Notes under the pieces: model-generated | Told to the model about the DNA's origin: nothing | The model's database searches: none | Seen by the model: only the letters and a program-made list of their open reading frames with translations | Part shown: positions 38,223 through 48,552 of the stretch, one piece after another | How positions within the stretch are numbered: position 1 is the stretch's first letter | Layout: each line of letters starts with the position of its first letter | Source: Squalus acanthias | Lineage: Eukaryota | DNA: 64,000 bases | Assembly (NCBI GenBank): GCA_030390025.1 | Contig: CM059432.1 | Location: forward strand, 34,784,001 to 34,848,000 | Direction of reading: 5' to 3' | Position numbers and translations under genes: made by a program

Positions 38223-39366
38223 GAGCGTGCTCCAATGTTCTCAGATGCTGCACTGGAGGCCTTGGTGGAGGAGGCGGACAGGAGGAGAGAGGGAGCTAGG
38301 AGGCCCTCCAGACAAACTCTGCAAAAGTAGTGGGAGCAGGTAGCCTTGGTGGTCAATGCCAGAAGTCAAGACCCGTGGATCTGGATGCAGTGCCGCAAAA
38401 AGTTAATTGACCTCACATGAGTGGTCAAGATCAGTGAATTCATCTTCAAATGCCATATTCCACCAACTGCACCACTAGCCTCACACACTGCTCAAGGCAC
38501 CACACCCCCATTATTTACCTATCAACAATCTCTATTAACCAGAACTCATACCTCACATTCATAGCTTCACCTCACCCACACACAATTAGCACTGCTGCAA
38601 GCCTCACACTCGCAGCTTGCACACACTGTCAGCTATTCAACCATGACAGGCACATCACCCAAACATATTGCACAACACTCACTGACACACTTCCCTCTCT
38701 CTTGCAGGACAAGTTGGCCCATAACCGGAAACAGCAGGAGCTAACTGGTGGGGGAACAGGCACGGCTGCATGACCTTACCCTGATGGAGGAGATGGTGGT
38801 TGCCATCATTGGAGTGGCCATCGCTGAGCCCATGGCCAGCGGCAGGGCTGAAACAATTGAAGATGACAGTATCCTCATACCTAATCCTACTTCTGACATC
38901 CCACTTCCCCCTCATCCCACAATCTCTTCTGCTTTCCCCCCCTCCTCTCTCCACAGCTCTACCCTTGTGCCTTTCTCCTTTCAGATACCCAAGAACTGCA
39001 ACCTGGCCAGGCAGTGGTGAAGGAGCAAGAACTGGAAGAGGAAGAAGGCACTGATGATAAAGACAGGGCACATCACTCAATTTAACACTCACAGCCAGCA
39101 GCTCAGATACTGAGGGCTGGATTTTGTCTTGGGGTCGGGTTGGGGTCATGTCCTCCGCATTTCGTGTTCCCCCCCCCCGACTCCAGATTAATGTGGATGA
39201 ATGATGCAATTTTCACTTAATTGGGCAATTGAGTTCCAGCATGTGGGAACCCATGAACTAATTAGTGGTTTCAGTCTGAAAGTCGCCTCTGATGATGTCA
39301 TCATTGCTGCTGCATTGCAGGTCAGAGACTGCCTGCCTGGCTTTTGCTGTGAGTGAGTGGACCTGG

Positions 39367-39397
<31 letters not shown>

Positions 39398-40017
39398 CCA
39401 TGCAGTCTCTGAAGACATTCAATGCAGCAGCATCAGAGGCGACTTTCACACCTAATACTACTACCTTCATCACATCTCCGTTGTAATAGTGGACCTGCAG
39501 CTGATAGTCAGCTATGCACTTGTGCTCCCGCCAGGTTTCACTGGAGTGTTTCACACCAGGCGTACTTCACGTCAGAAAAGGGTTAAACTAGCTAAAACGT
39601 TTCAAAATGGCATTACAGAGCCAATTTAGGGCTTGTTAAGGGCTTTAATGGCCTCTCCCGCCTCTTGGAGGCGGGACGGAGTCGGGAACCCCGCGACTGA
39701 TTTTGTCAAAATTGCGTGGAGGCGGGATGGAGTCGGGATGGGGTCGGGACCCCCGACCCCGCAAATTTAACCCCCCACACGCCTCCAAACCCGACTCCAC
39801 GGGTCATTCAAAATCCAGCCCTGACACTCCGCCTACTTTAGAGGATAGCATAGACATGGGATCTGCATGTGGTGAGACACTGGGCATGAGTGGCTTGCAG
39901 CCAGGGCAGGGCTCAAGGGTAGCGCAGGTGCCAGCTCCCCAGAGGGTGAGGTCGCACACGAGTTCTGCTGCAGAGGACTCAGATGAGCACTTCGATGGGG
40001 CAGGCTACAGAAGAAGT
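38223..40017 (+). pseudogene. Inverted Harbinger Myb/SANT gene segment (exons about 38223-38429, 38708-38868, 38985-40017)
   Basis: ERAPMFSDAALEALVEE..WMQCRKKLIDL and DKLAHNRKQQELTGGG; same intron positions as 13233-14526. Confidence 0.8.
39114..39821. mobile_element. Harbinger-type MITE inserted in the Myb exon
   Basis: Perfect 13-bp TIR GGGCTGGATTTTG; TGA TSD at 39111-39113 and 39822-39824. Confidence 0.88.
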
Positions 40018-40469
40018 CAGTATTCTTGAAGGTCAAACTCTCTTCCCCAGCCACTTCCAGCACCTGCTCCAGCCAGAATGACCCTCCCCTTTAAGTAGTG
40101 CTGGCCTCGCATGAACTTGGGCCCCTGCTGAGGCGTGCAGCCACTCAACAGCATGTTTAGTGCTACCTCAACACTGCAATCATTTAAATTAGCAGGCAGC
40201 ACAAAGTTTGCGAGCTGCCTGCATCGGAAGCAATGGCATGTGTTAACCATGCATTGCGATCCCTGTGCCTGTTTTCAGGGGCTATCAAATTTAGGCCCCC
40301 ATAGAGTCTAGTGGCAGGCAGTTCCTTGTATATGGTGGTTATACCTGTGGGGGCGGGGTGGAGGGAGAGAGTCGTTACCTCACTCCCATGTCATTTACAA
40401 GGGATTTAAATGCTCCTGTCTTCTTAGCCCCAGGAAATGTGTGGGGACCCGATGAGAAAGATATTGAGA

Positions 40470-41215
40470 AGACTATTGATATGTTGGCCTTTATTTCAAG
40501 GGGTCAGAATACGAAAATGAAGAAGTGATGCTTCAGTTGTACAGAGCCTTGGTCAGACCCCATCTGGTGTACTGTTTTCAGTTCCGGGCACCAAACCTCA
40601 GGAACGATATAAAAACAGAAAATGCTGGAAATACTCAGCAGGTCAGGCAGCATCTGTAGAGAGAGAAACAGAGTTAACGTTTCAGGTCGATGACCCTTCA
40701 TCAGATCCGATATATTGGCCTTGGAGGGGGTACATCGCAGCTTCACCAGAATGATACCAAGGATAAAAGAGTTAAATTATGAGGACAGGTTGCATAAACT
40801 TGGCTTGTATTCCCTTGAGTTTAGAAGATTGAGGGGTGATCTGATCGAGGTGTTTACAATGATGAAAGGATTTGGTAGGGTAGATACAGAGAAACGATTT
40901 CCTCTAATGGGTGAATCCAGAAGAAAGGACACAATCTTAAAATTAGAGCCGGGCCATTCAGGAGCAAAAGCAGGAAGCACTTTTTCACACAAATGTAGTA
41001 GAAATCTGGAACTCGTTCCCCAAAAGGTTGTGGATGCTGGGTCAATTGAAATTTTCAAGACTGAGATCGATAGATTTTTGTTATGTAAGGGTATTAAGGG
41101 ATGGGGAGCAAAGGCGGGTAAGTGGAGTTGAGGTACAGATCAGCCATTATCTAATTGAATGGGGGAACAGGCTCGAGGGGCTGAATGGCCCACTCCTGTT
41201 CCAAAATTCCTGTGT
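40470..41215 (+). mobile_element. CR1 3' fragment
   Basis: [18 protein letters not shown] and the CR1 3' UTR. Confidence 0.88.
40612..40707 (-). mobile_element. 96-bp Penelope-type insertion carrying a hammerhead motif (40673-40706)
   Basis: 7-bp TSD CGATATA; minus strand CUGAUGA-A-GGGUC(AUC)GACCU-GAAA-CG-UU-AAC. Confidence 0.8.
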
Positions 41216-41840
41216 TCACCTGCTTCCTGTCCACAGAGCACTCAAGGAGAGGAACATAGCCTCACTGTGAGCTATTTTCTGTAATGCTCCTGTGTATATT
41301 ACACAGGTTGATGCAAAATATTTTCAGCTGTCATGCAGAGAAAACGGAAACACGGTTGTGTTGGTGCTAAAGAATCCTGCCCCAGTCACCGGCACCCGTG
41401 GCTTCCTTAACTGGTGTTTGTATACAGCCTGTGTGTAAAAGGAGACCCATTTAATTAATTAATGATTTCCCCCAGGGTGCAGTGCAGGCCCTGTGTACCG
41501 TGAAGCAGAAAAGGCAGCTGGTTTGGGGGCAGATGTGAAGTCTGTCAGCCCAGCTTCTGCTCGTCAATCACTCAGCTCTCTCTCGGTGCGTGTGCCTCTT
41601 TGTAGATGTACGTGTATCGTGAACGGCACTGGGTCAAGGGGAGCGTGCGAGGGGATGGCGTGTTTTGAGGACCAGCGCTCCTGCCTTTCAGCCCTCAGCA
41701 TAATCAGCTCCGTCAACGTTCTGCTTTCTCTCTTTATCTCAGCCACATCTTCGCAGTTCCTGGACCCCGACGTGAGTTATGCATTTGTTTTCTCTCCCTC
41801 TCTGTTTCTCACTGACACCCTATCCTCTGCGTCATTGTAG

Positions 41841-42005
41841 TACTGAGCTGCCTTGGTGCTACTGGTTACCACAGGCAGTGCTCTGACTACCTGGGGAGGC
41901 CTGCAAATTCCCTGGACACTTGATAAGAAAGACAAATGTTTGCTACAGAGAAACTCTTGGGGACCGTGCAGTCTCCTCCGCTCAAATATGTATCAACTGC
42001 CAGAG
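41841..42005 (+). other. Candidate host-gene exon (5' UTR plus possible ATG), preceded by a 69-nt intron at 41772-41840
   Basis: GTGAGT donor, pyrimidine tract, CACTGAC branch-like site and TAG acceptor; the exon ends CAGAG|GTAATG. ATGs at 41936 (MFATEKLLG..) and 41988 (MYQLPE). Confidence 0.4.
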
Positions 42006-42339
42006 GTAATGGTGCATGATCCTCTGTTTCCTCTTTTGCTTCCTTCACTTCTTCCCGGCACTGGATTATGCACTGCAAGGGGATTTATTTTTCTCTCTGT
42101 TTTTAGTGTCTTCCTCATTTTATTGGATGCATGTTAAACTCGACGGCTTGTTGAACGTTTTGTTCTGTCACTGGGGAAAGTTTTACGATGGGGGCTTTGT
42201 GATGTTCCTTTAAGAGGTGGTCAATCGGAAAACATTGCTGGGGAGGAGGGAGAAGAGCGGGGGAGGAGCTGGCTGAAGGGTGTTCACAGTAGTTTAGACC
42301 AGATGATAACTGAGTCTAGCAAAGGAGACAAATTAATAA

Positions 42340-42755
42340 AAAATCCAGGGGTGATGGGATGAGAATAACATTAAGAGGAGATTTAAAAGAGGTGTTCAAA
42401 ACATGAAGGCTTTTGATAGAGTAAATAAGGAGAAACTGTCCACTGGCGGAAGGGTCAGTAACCAGAGGACACAGATTTAAGGGAATTGGCAAAAGAACCA
42501 GAGGGGAGATGAGGGGAATATTTTTACGCAACGAGTTGGTGACCTGGACTGCACTTCCTGAAAGGATGTTGGAAACAGATTCAATAGTTACTTTCAAAAG
42601 GGAATTGGATAAATACTTGAAAAGGAAAAAAATTGCAGGGCTATGGGAAAAGAGTGGGGGAGCCGGACTAATTGGAGAGCTCTTGCAAAGAGCCGGCACA
42701 GGCAAGATGGGCTAAATGGCCTCCTTCTGTGCTGTAAGATTCTATGATTCTATGT
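42340..42755 (+). mobile_element. CR1 3' fragment
   Basis: FKRELDKYL and (ATTCTATG)n tail. Confidence 0.85.
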
Positions 42756-43059
42756 CACCAGATAAGACACCATTGCTGCTTTGATGGCTAATTCAATCAA
42801 AGTTGATGATTGTTATTGGCTTCATTGTGCTTGTGCCTCAAAGGAAAGGACACTCTTAAAATCCAGGGACCCTCTGGTGATCTTGAGTTTCCTATTCAGC
42901 CGTGTTGGTAATTTCTGTCTGGGTGGAGGGGAGAGGCATTCTCCCGATCTCCGGCCGTAACTTCAGTGGAAGATCGTCAGAAACCCCCGATCGATGGCGT
43001 AAACGGACACGTACGCCGTTTCTCCTTATTTTCCGTCGATGTGTGCTACTGTGCCGGGA

Positions 43060-43385
43060 CTACTTCTTCTTAGGCAGTCCCTCGGAACCGAGGATGGCTT
43101 GCTTCCACACTAAAAATGAGTTCTCAGGTGACTGATGAGTCCAATGCGAGACCTACAGTCTCTGTCGCTGTTGGGGTTGTCCATGAGGGTCCTGACGTTC
43201 CAGGTCCCGAACTTCATTTTAAAGGGTGGAAGATGCCTGTGCGTGAATTCTTTTAACGTGGGGTGGCCGTTGCACACCAGCTACCACACAGGCTTGACAG
43301 AGCAAGGTCTTGGTCCAATGGCAAGGGGATCCAAGACGATTGGAGACCAGGCTCTGCTACATCGGCCTAGCACACACACACAAAC
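43060..43385 (-). mobile_element. Internally deleted RTE-clade LINE derivative
   Basis: 5' UTR, then MKFGTWNVRTLMDNPNSDR (ATG at 43217), fused directly to a roughly 100-bp 3' end with an (AAG)n tail. Confidence 0.7.
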
Positions 43386-44235
43386 ATACTCCTTCTGTCC
43401 TCCCTCCTTTTTTTTACCAACAATCTATGACTGTGGCCACAGATGTGGGACCACTGGCAGGGGACACGAAATGTGGCACTAAAGTGGGAAACGGTGGCGG
43501 GCATGCGAAGACAGACTTTTATTTCAAGTGATGTGCTTATAGGATGCAGCCAGAGGCAAGTTGCTGGGAGTGCGGAAAGTTGGAGAAAATGTATAGCTGC
43601 TAGCGGGCAAGTCTGAGATTTCTCCTAACCTAAAGCAAGGAAGCTTCATATCATAAAACAAATTCAACATAAACAGAATTCTGGCTCATGCATTAGCAAG
43701 TCGTGTGTTGTTACTCTGGTTATGGTCTTGTTGAGGACTGACAGCCTGCTTTTATTGTGCAGAAGTGGAGTTTATTGAGACCAATGGAAGTGGTTTGCAC
43801 AACTTTTGAGCAGGATCATTAGTTCTGCGGCAGCTACTGATCATTCTTTAACTGACTGCTCCTTTGTCCAGTTCGATTCTGCTCTAATTTCGGGTTTACT
43901 TTCATTAACTGCACCTTTCAACATCACTTGCTACAGTAATGGTATTCTAGGTTAACCTAATTACAGTGGGAGAAGGGGAAAGTTCTAATTTGAGAAAAGA
44001 CAAGCTCCACTTGAAATGTGTGCTCCTTGTTCAAAATCGCGTCCATGCAATACTCGGCCAAACTCTGGAAACCAGCTTATGCAATTGTATTTGAACTACT
44101 AAATTAAATTTCTTTTCACAGCAAATTTAAGCCAACATTGTCTCACTACCAATAAAAGGCTTCCGCTTGTTCCAAGAGCTGTACATTTCACAGCCAACAA
44201 GTGTCTGATAACAAAAATAACTGAGTGAAGTGAAG

Positions 44236-44576
44236 GGAGTTTGCACATTCTCCCCGTGTCTGCGTGGGTTTCCTCCGGGTGCTCCGGTTTCCTCCCACAG
44301 TCCAAAAATGTGCGGGTTAGGTTGATTTGGCTATGATAAATTGACCCTTAGTGTTAGGGGGGGATTAAATATGTGGGGTTATGGGGATAGGATGGGATAT
44401 GTTAGGGGGAATTAAATACGTGGGGTTATGGGGGTAGGGTGGGATATGTGTACTGTGGGGATTAAAGCAGGGACAGGGTACTGGATTTGGATGATCAGCC
44501 ATGATCGTATTGAATGGTGGAGCAGGCTCGACGGGCCGAATGGCCTACTCCTGCTCCTAGATTCTATGTTTCTATG
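44236..44576 (+). mobile_element. V-SINE (HE1-like), 5'-truncated, with a CR1/HER1 tail
   Basis: V-domain TTTGCACATTCTCCCCGTGTCTGCGTGGGTTTCCTCCGGGTGCTCCGG; the tail matches the 3' end of the CR1 at about 21270-21382. Confidence 0.85.
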
Positions 44577-46094
44577 AGATACGAGTGCAACAAGATGTCA
44601 GTCCCTTGACAACAACTCAGCTTTATCAGAAAATTGACTGCAACAGTGAATGCCCTTTCCAAACATTACGTTTCAAATCATTCAGCCAACAGGACACTAT
44701 AATCAGAATGACTATAAAATTGAAACAATAATAGTGAAGAGATGCTGCAGATATCTTTCCTTTTGATGTGCATAGGACAAACTGTTGAGTGGATTATGAA
44801 AAGATACCTTGAAAATGGAACCAGATGTAGACTTAAGGATAATTGAAAAAAATTGACACAGTGGTGCATGTTAATCTATTGGATTGAAAGGGCTTCCTGG
44901 AAGCATAGCTACTAATAAATAGTTCTAATGTAACAGAAATGTAACACCAACTTCAAGCTCTATGAATTGTAGGAGTAATTTCTTGAATTCACACTCCTGG
45001 TGCAGAGTTTTGCACACTGGGACCACAGCACTCTGTTAAGTGCATACATCTCTGTAAATTTGATCTGCGAGCTAGATTTTGCACATCCTCCATTATGCTT
45101 TGATGTGGTGGGAGCCTATGCCAATGAGCTAACATTGTAAAGTTGGGCAGAGTCGTCTCAGTGCACTGTGGGCGAGTATAGCCCAGGCAGAAAACCATTC
45201 CTGTCACAGCTGCAAAATTGGGGTTTAGATTATATCTTTGGTCTGCAGTGCTGATTTCTGCATAACAGGGGTTTAAAATGTGACAGACATGACCCCCAGC
45301 CACTGGACTGCAGTCTGTCCTGTACAACTACACAGCTAGCTTCTAAATGAGTTGCACTGTAAATAGAGAAAGCTTTGGTCCTGTTTGACAGTACAAAGTG
45401 AGCGATATCACATCTGCTCTCATCACAATCATTCTGGGTATTCACATTAGCCCACCAGAATCCGGGTAAGTGACAGGGAGAGGGCTGCGGGAGGATCCCA
45501 CAGGAGGCGGGAGTTTGGATCAGTGGAGGCCGCGGCTTTCTACGTGGGGCCGGGGTGGGGGGGAGGCAGTCCTGCTCCTCCTGGCCCCACGAAGGAAAGT
45601 TTTACACTCACCTGAAGGGCCTCTCCTGTCTACAGGGCCGCAGTGAAATTACGGCAGTAAAGTACTGACACCAGAAAAGCCATAAAGGAAATTCAAGTAT
45701 CACGCAGAAAAAGGATAAAATGACTAGCGCCAAATCTTCCTCTGTGTTGTACCATTTTGCAGAGAGATTTAGGGACTGTTAGGGTAAAAGCCCAGGAAAA
45801 TCTACCCTAGAATCTTGCATTTTGATATTTAAACCTAAATAAAAAAGAAAGGATTTACAAGAAGAATGTGAAATGGCTATCAGCTCTGTCAATTTCTCAC
45901 CCTAAACTTTAGGTGGTGCCACTAGCCAATCACATAAAATAAAAAGATAGATTTCCTGTTTTCATTGCAAGTTGTTACAAGCGGGGAAAGGATGTGCAGT
46001 TGGAAGCTAGGTGAAGAAAAACGATCGTGACTGAGCTCTACATAACAGTTTAGCGGGAACAACAGTGGGAACAGTAGTGTAGTGGTTATGTTAT

Positions 46095-46633
46095 TTTATG
46101 GCCTCCTATCTTCCACCCTCCGTAGTCTCCGCTCAACCAAAACTCTACTGCCCGTATCCTAAGTCACACCAAGTCCCGTTCACCCATCACCCTCGTGCTC
46201 GCTGGCCTACATTGGCTCCTGGTGCGGCAACACCTCAAATTTAAAATACTCATCTTTGAGTTCAAATCCCTCCATGGCTTCACACCTCCCTATCTCTGGA
46301 ACCTCCTCCAGCCCGACAACCTTCCAAGATCTCTGCGTTCCTCCAATTCTGGCCTCTTCTGCATCCCCGATTTCCTTCGCTCCACCATTGACAGTCATGC
46401 CTTCAGCTGTCTAGGTCCTAAACTCTGGAATTGCCTCCCTAAATCTCTCTGCCTCTCTATCTCTCTCTCCTTTAAGATGCTCCTTAATACCTACCTCTGA
46501 CCAAGCTTTTGGTCACCTGTCCTAATATCGCTTTATGTGGCTCAGTGTCAAATTTCATCTGATAATGCTCCTGTGAAGCACCTTGTGATGTTTTACTATG
46601 TTAAAGGCACTATATAAATACAAGTTGTTGTTG
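46095..46633 (+). mobile_element. L2 3' fragment inserted in the tRNA head of a SINE (46065-47015)
   Basis: LAGLHWLLVRQHLKFKILI..LWNCLP and a TTG tail; the SINE head GTAGTGGTTATGTTA resumes CTGGACTAGTAATCCAG. Confidence 0.8.
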
Positions 46634-48552
46634 CTACTGGACTAGTAATCCAGAGGCCTGGACTAATACTCCAGACAACATGAGTTTAAATCACACCAGG
46701 GCAGTTTAAGAATTTGAATTCAGTTTAAAAAAAGCTGGGACCAGTAAAAGTGACGATTGTTGTAAAAACCCAACTAATGTCCTTTAGAGATAGAAACCTG
46801 TCATCCTTACCCAGTCTGGTCTTTATGTCACTCCAGTCTCACACCAACGTGGTTGACCTCTTAACTGCCCTCTGACGTGGCTGAGCAAGACACTCAGTTG
46901 TATCAAACCACTCGCAGTGGTTCAAGAAGAGGCCCACCACCATATTCTCAGAGCAAATAGGGATGGGCAATAAATTTCGGCCTTGCCAGCAACGTCCACA
47001 TCCCGAGAATGAATAATGTGAAAAAGTTTACCCAAGAATCCTAACAGAGAAAGATGAGCAAAAGCGGAAAGAACTAAGTTCTCCGACAAAAGCAATTAGC
47101 AGACCACATGGTTGAGCAAAGATGGAAGAAGCTTCCGGAAAAGTAACTGATCTCATGGTAATGAGATTACAATGAAAGTTAAAAGGACAGATGGCTCCTA
47201 GTGTGTATCAGAACAATTCTCTTAATACTTGGCCTCGGCACCTCTGAGTGAATCAACAATGGTGTTGATGTCATTCTAATTGCATTTCAGAAAGATTTAA
47301 ATTCAAAATAATTATTTTAAAAGGACATTCTGACTCCCTTAGGGAGACAGAAGTGTTTTTCTGGATGTAATTTTACTTAAACAAAAGGCTAACATTTGTC
47401 CCCATCTCTCTATCATAGTGGTTAGGTACTGAATAGCAGCCCAGAGCTCAAATAGGACCGTGGCAAGTTGTGAAATTTAGTTCACCAAATCCGGTCATTT
47501 GTGGGCCAGTACCACAAAATCTGCCGGATTGCTGTAAGTACCAAACCGGTTCACTAATTTCCTGCAGAGAAGAGAGAGGGAGTTGAAGTGGTGAGCTGCA
47601 GGCAAGGAACACTCCTGCAGACAGAAAAGAGCTGTTCAGCAGTGTGGCCTGTTTTATTTCTCAGATGCTGACTGACCTGCTGTACATTTCTAGTACTTCC
47701 TGGGTACAGTAGTATTGTGGTTAAAGTACGACCCGAGTGACCAAGAGGTTGTGAGTTCAAATCCCAGCATGGCAAGTTGGGAAATCGGCACCTGAAAAAA
47801 AACGACATGGAAACTGCCAGATTGTCATATAAACCCAACTGGTTCATTAAAGTCCTTCAGAGAAGGGAACCTGCCATCCTTACCCGGGCTGGCCTTTGTG
47901 TGGCTCCATTTCCGAAGTGGACGATTGACTCTTGTGCCCTCTGAGGTGGTTTAGTAAGCCAGTTGTTAAAAAGAAAACCTTTGCTATGAAGGCCCACCTT
48001 CATGACAATTAGAGATATGCAATCAATGAAGCTTTTGCCAATGTTACTCACATCCTAAAAACAGTTGCAATATGTTGCTCATAAACCCTGGAAGGTCCAG
48101 GGCTTGATTCCTAAGTCTGCGCAGAGGGGGATGAGGGGCTGATCTGAGCACAGGGTACTACAAATGGCCTCGGTATCCTTGAGCTAAGGAGGACAAAATC
48201 AGCCAGGGTTCCTGCATCAGATTGTGATCCAGTGACACCTAATGAACCGTACCTTTGTGTGTGGATGTTGGGTGAGGGCTGGATCGGACTGGACTGTGGT
48301 GCCAGGTTATGGTCGGAAAAGTTGCTGACACTTGGGGAAAATTTTGTGTTCACCAGCAATGTCAGTTAACAGCCGTTGGAAATGGCCACAACGCTAACCA
48401 AGTGAAATTGGTCTGGGTGGCATGGAGATAGGTGGCACAGCATTTCTTTTCACTTCATATTTCTCCACATTATATTCCATTTGCCATGTTCCTGCCCATT
48501 CACTTAGCCGGTCTATATCCCCTTGAAGCCTCTTTGCATCCTCCTCACAACT

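Larger units (their letters stand above)
36530..40300. mobile_element. PIF/Harbinger transposon 2 with an internal inversion; left terminus missing
   Basis: Transposase on +, Myb segments in both orientations, and the terminus AAATTTAGGCCCCC at 40300. Confidence 0.85.

Noticed and set aside
43132..43160. CTGATGAGTCC hammerhead-like start
   Set aside because: There is no GAAA after the putative stem II.
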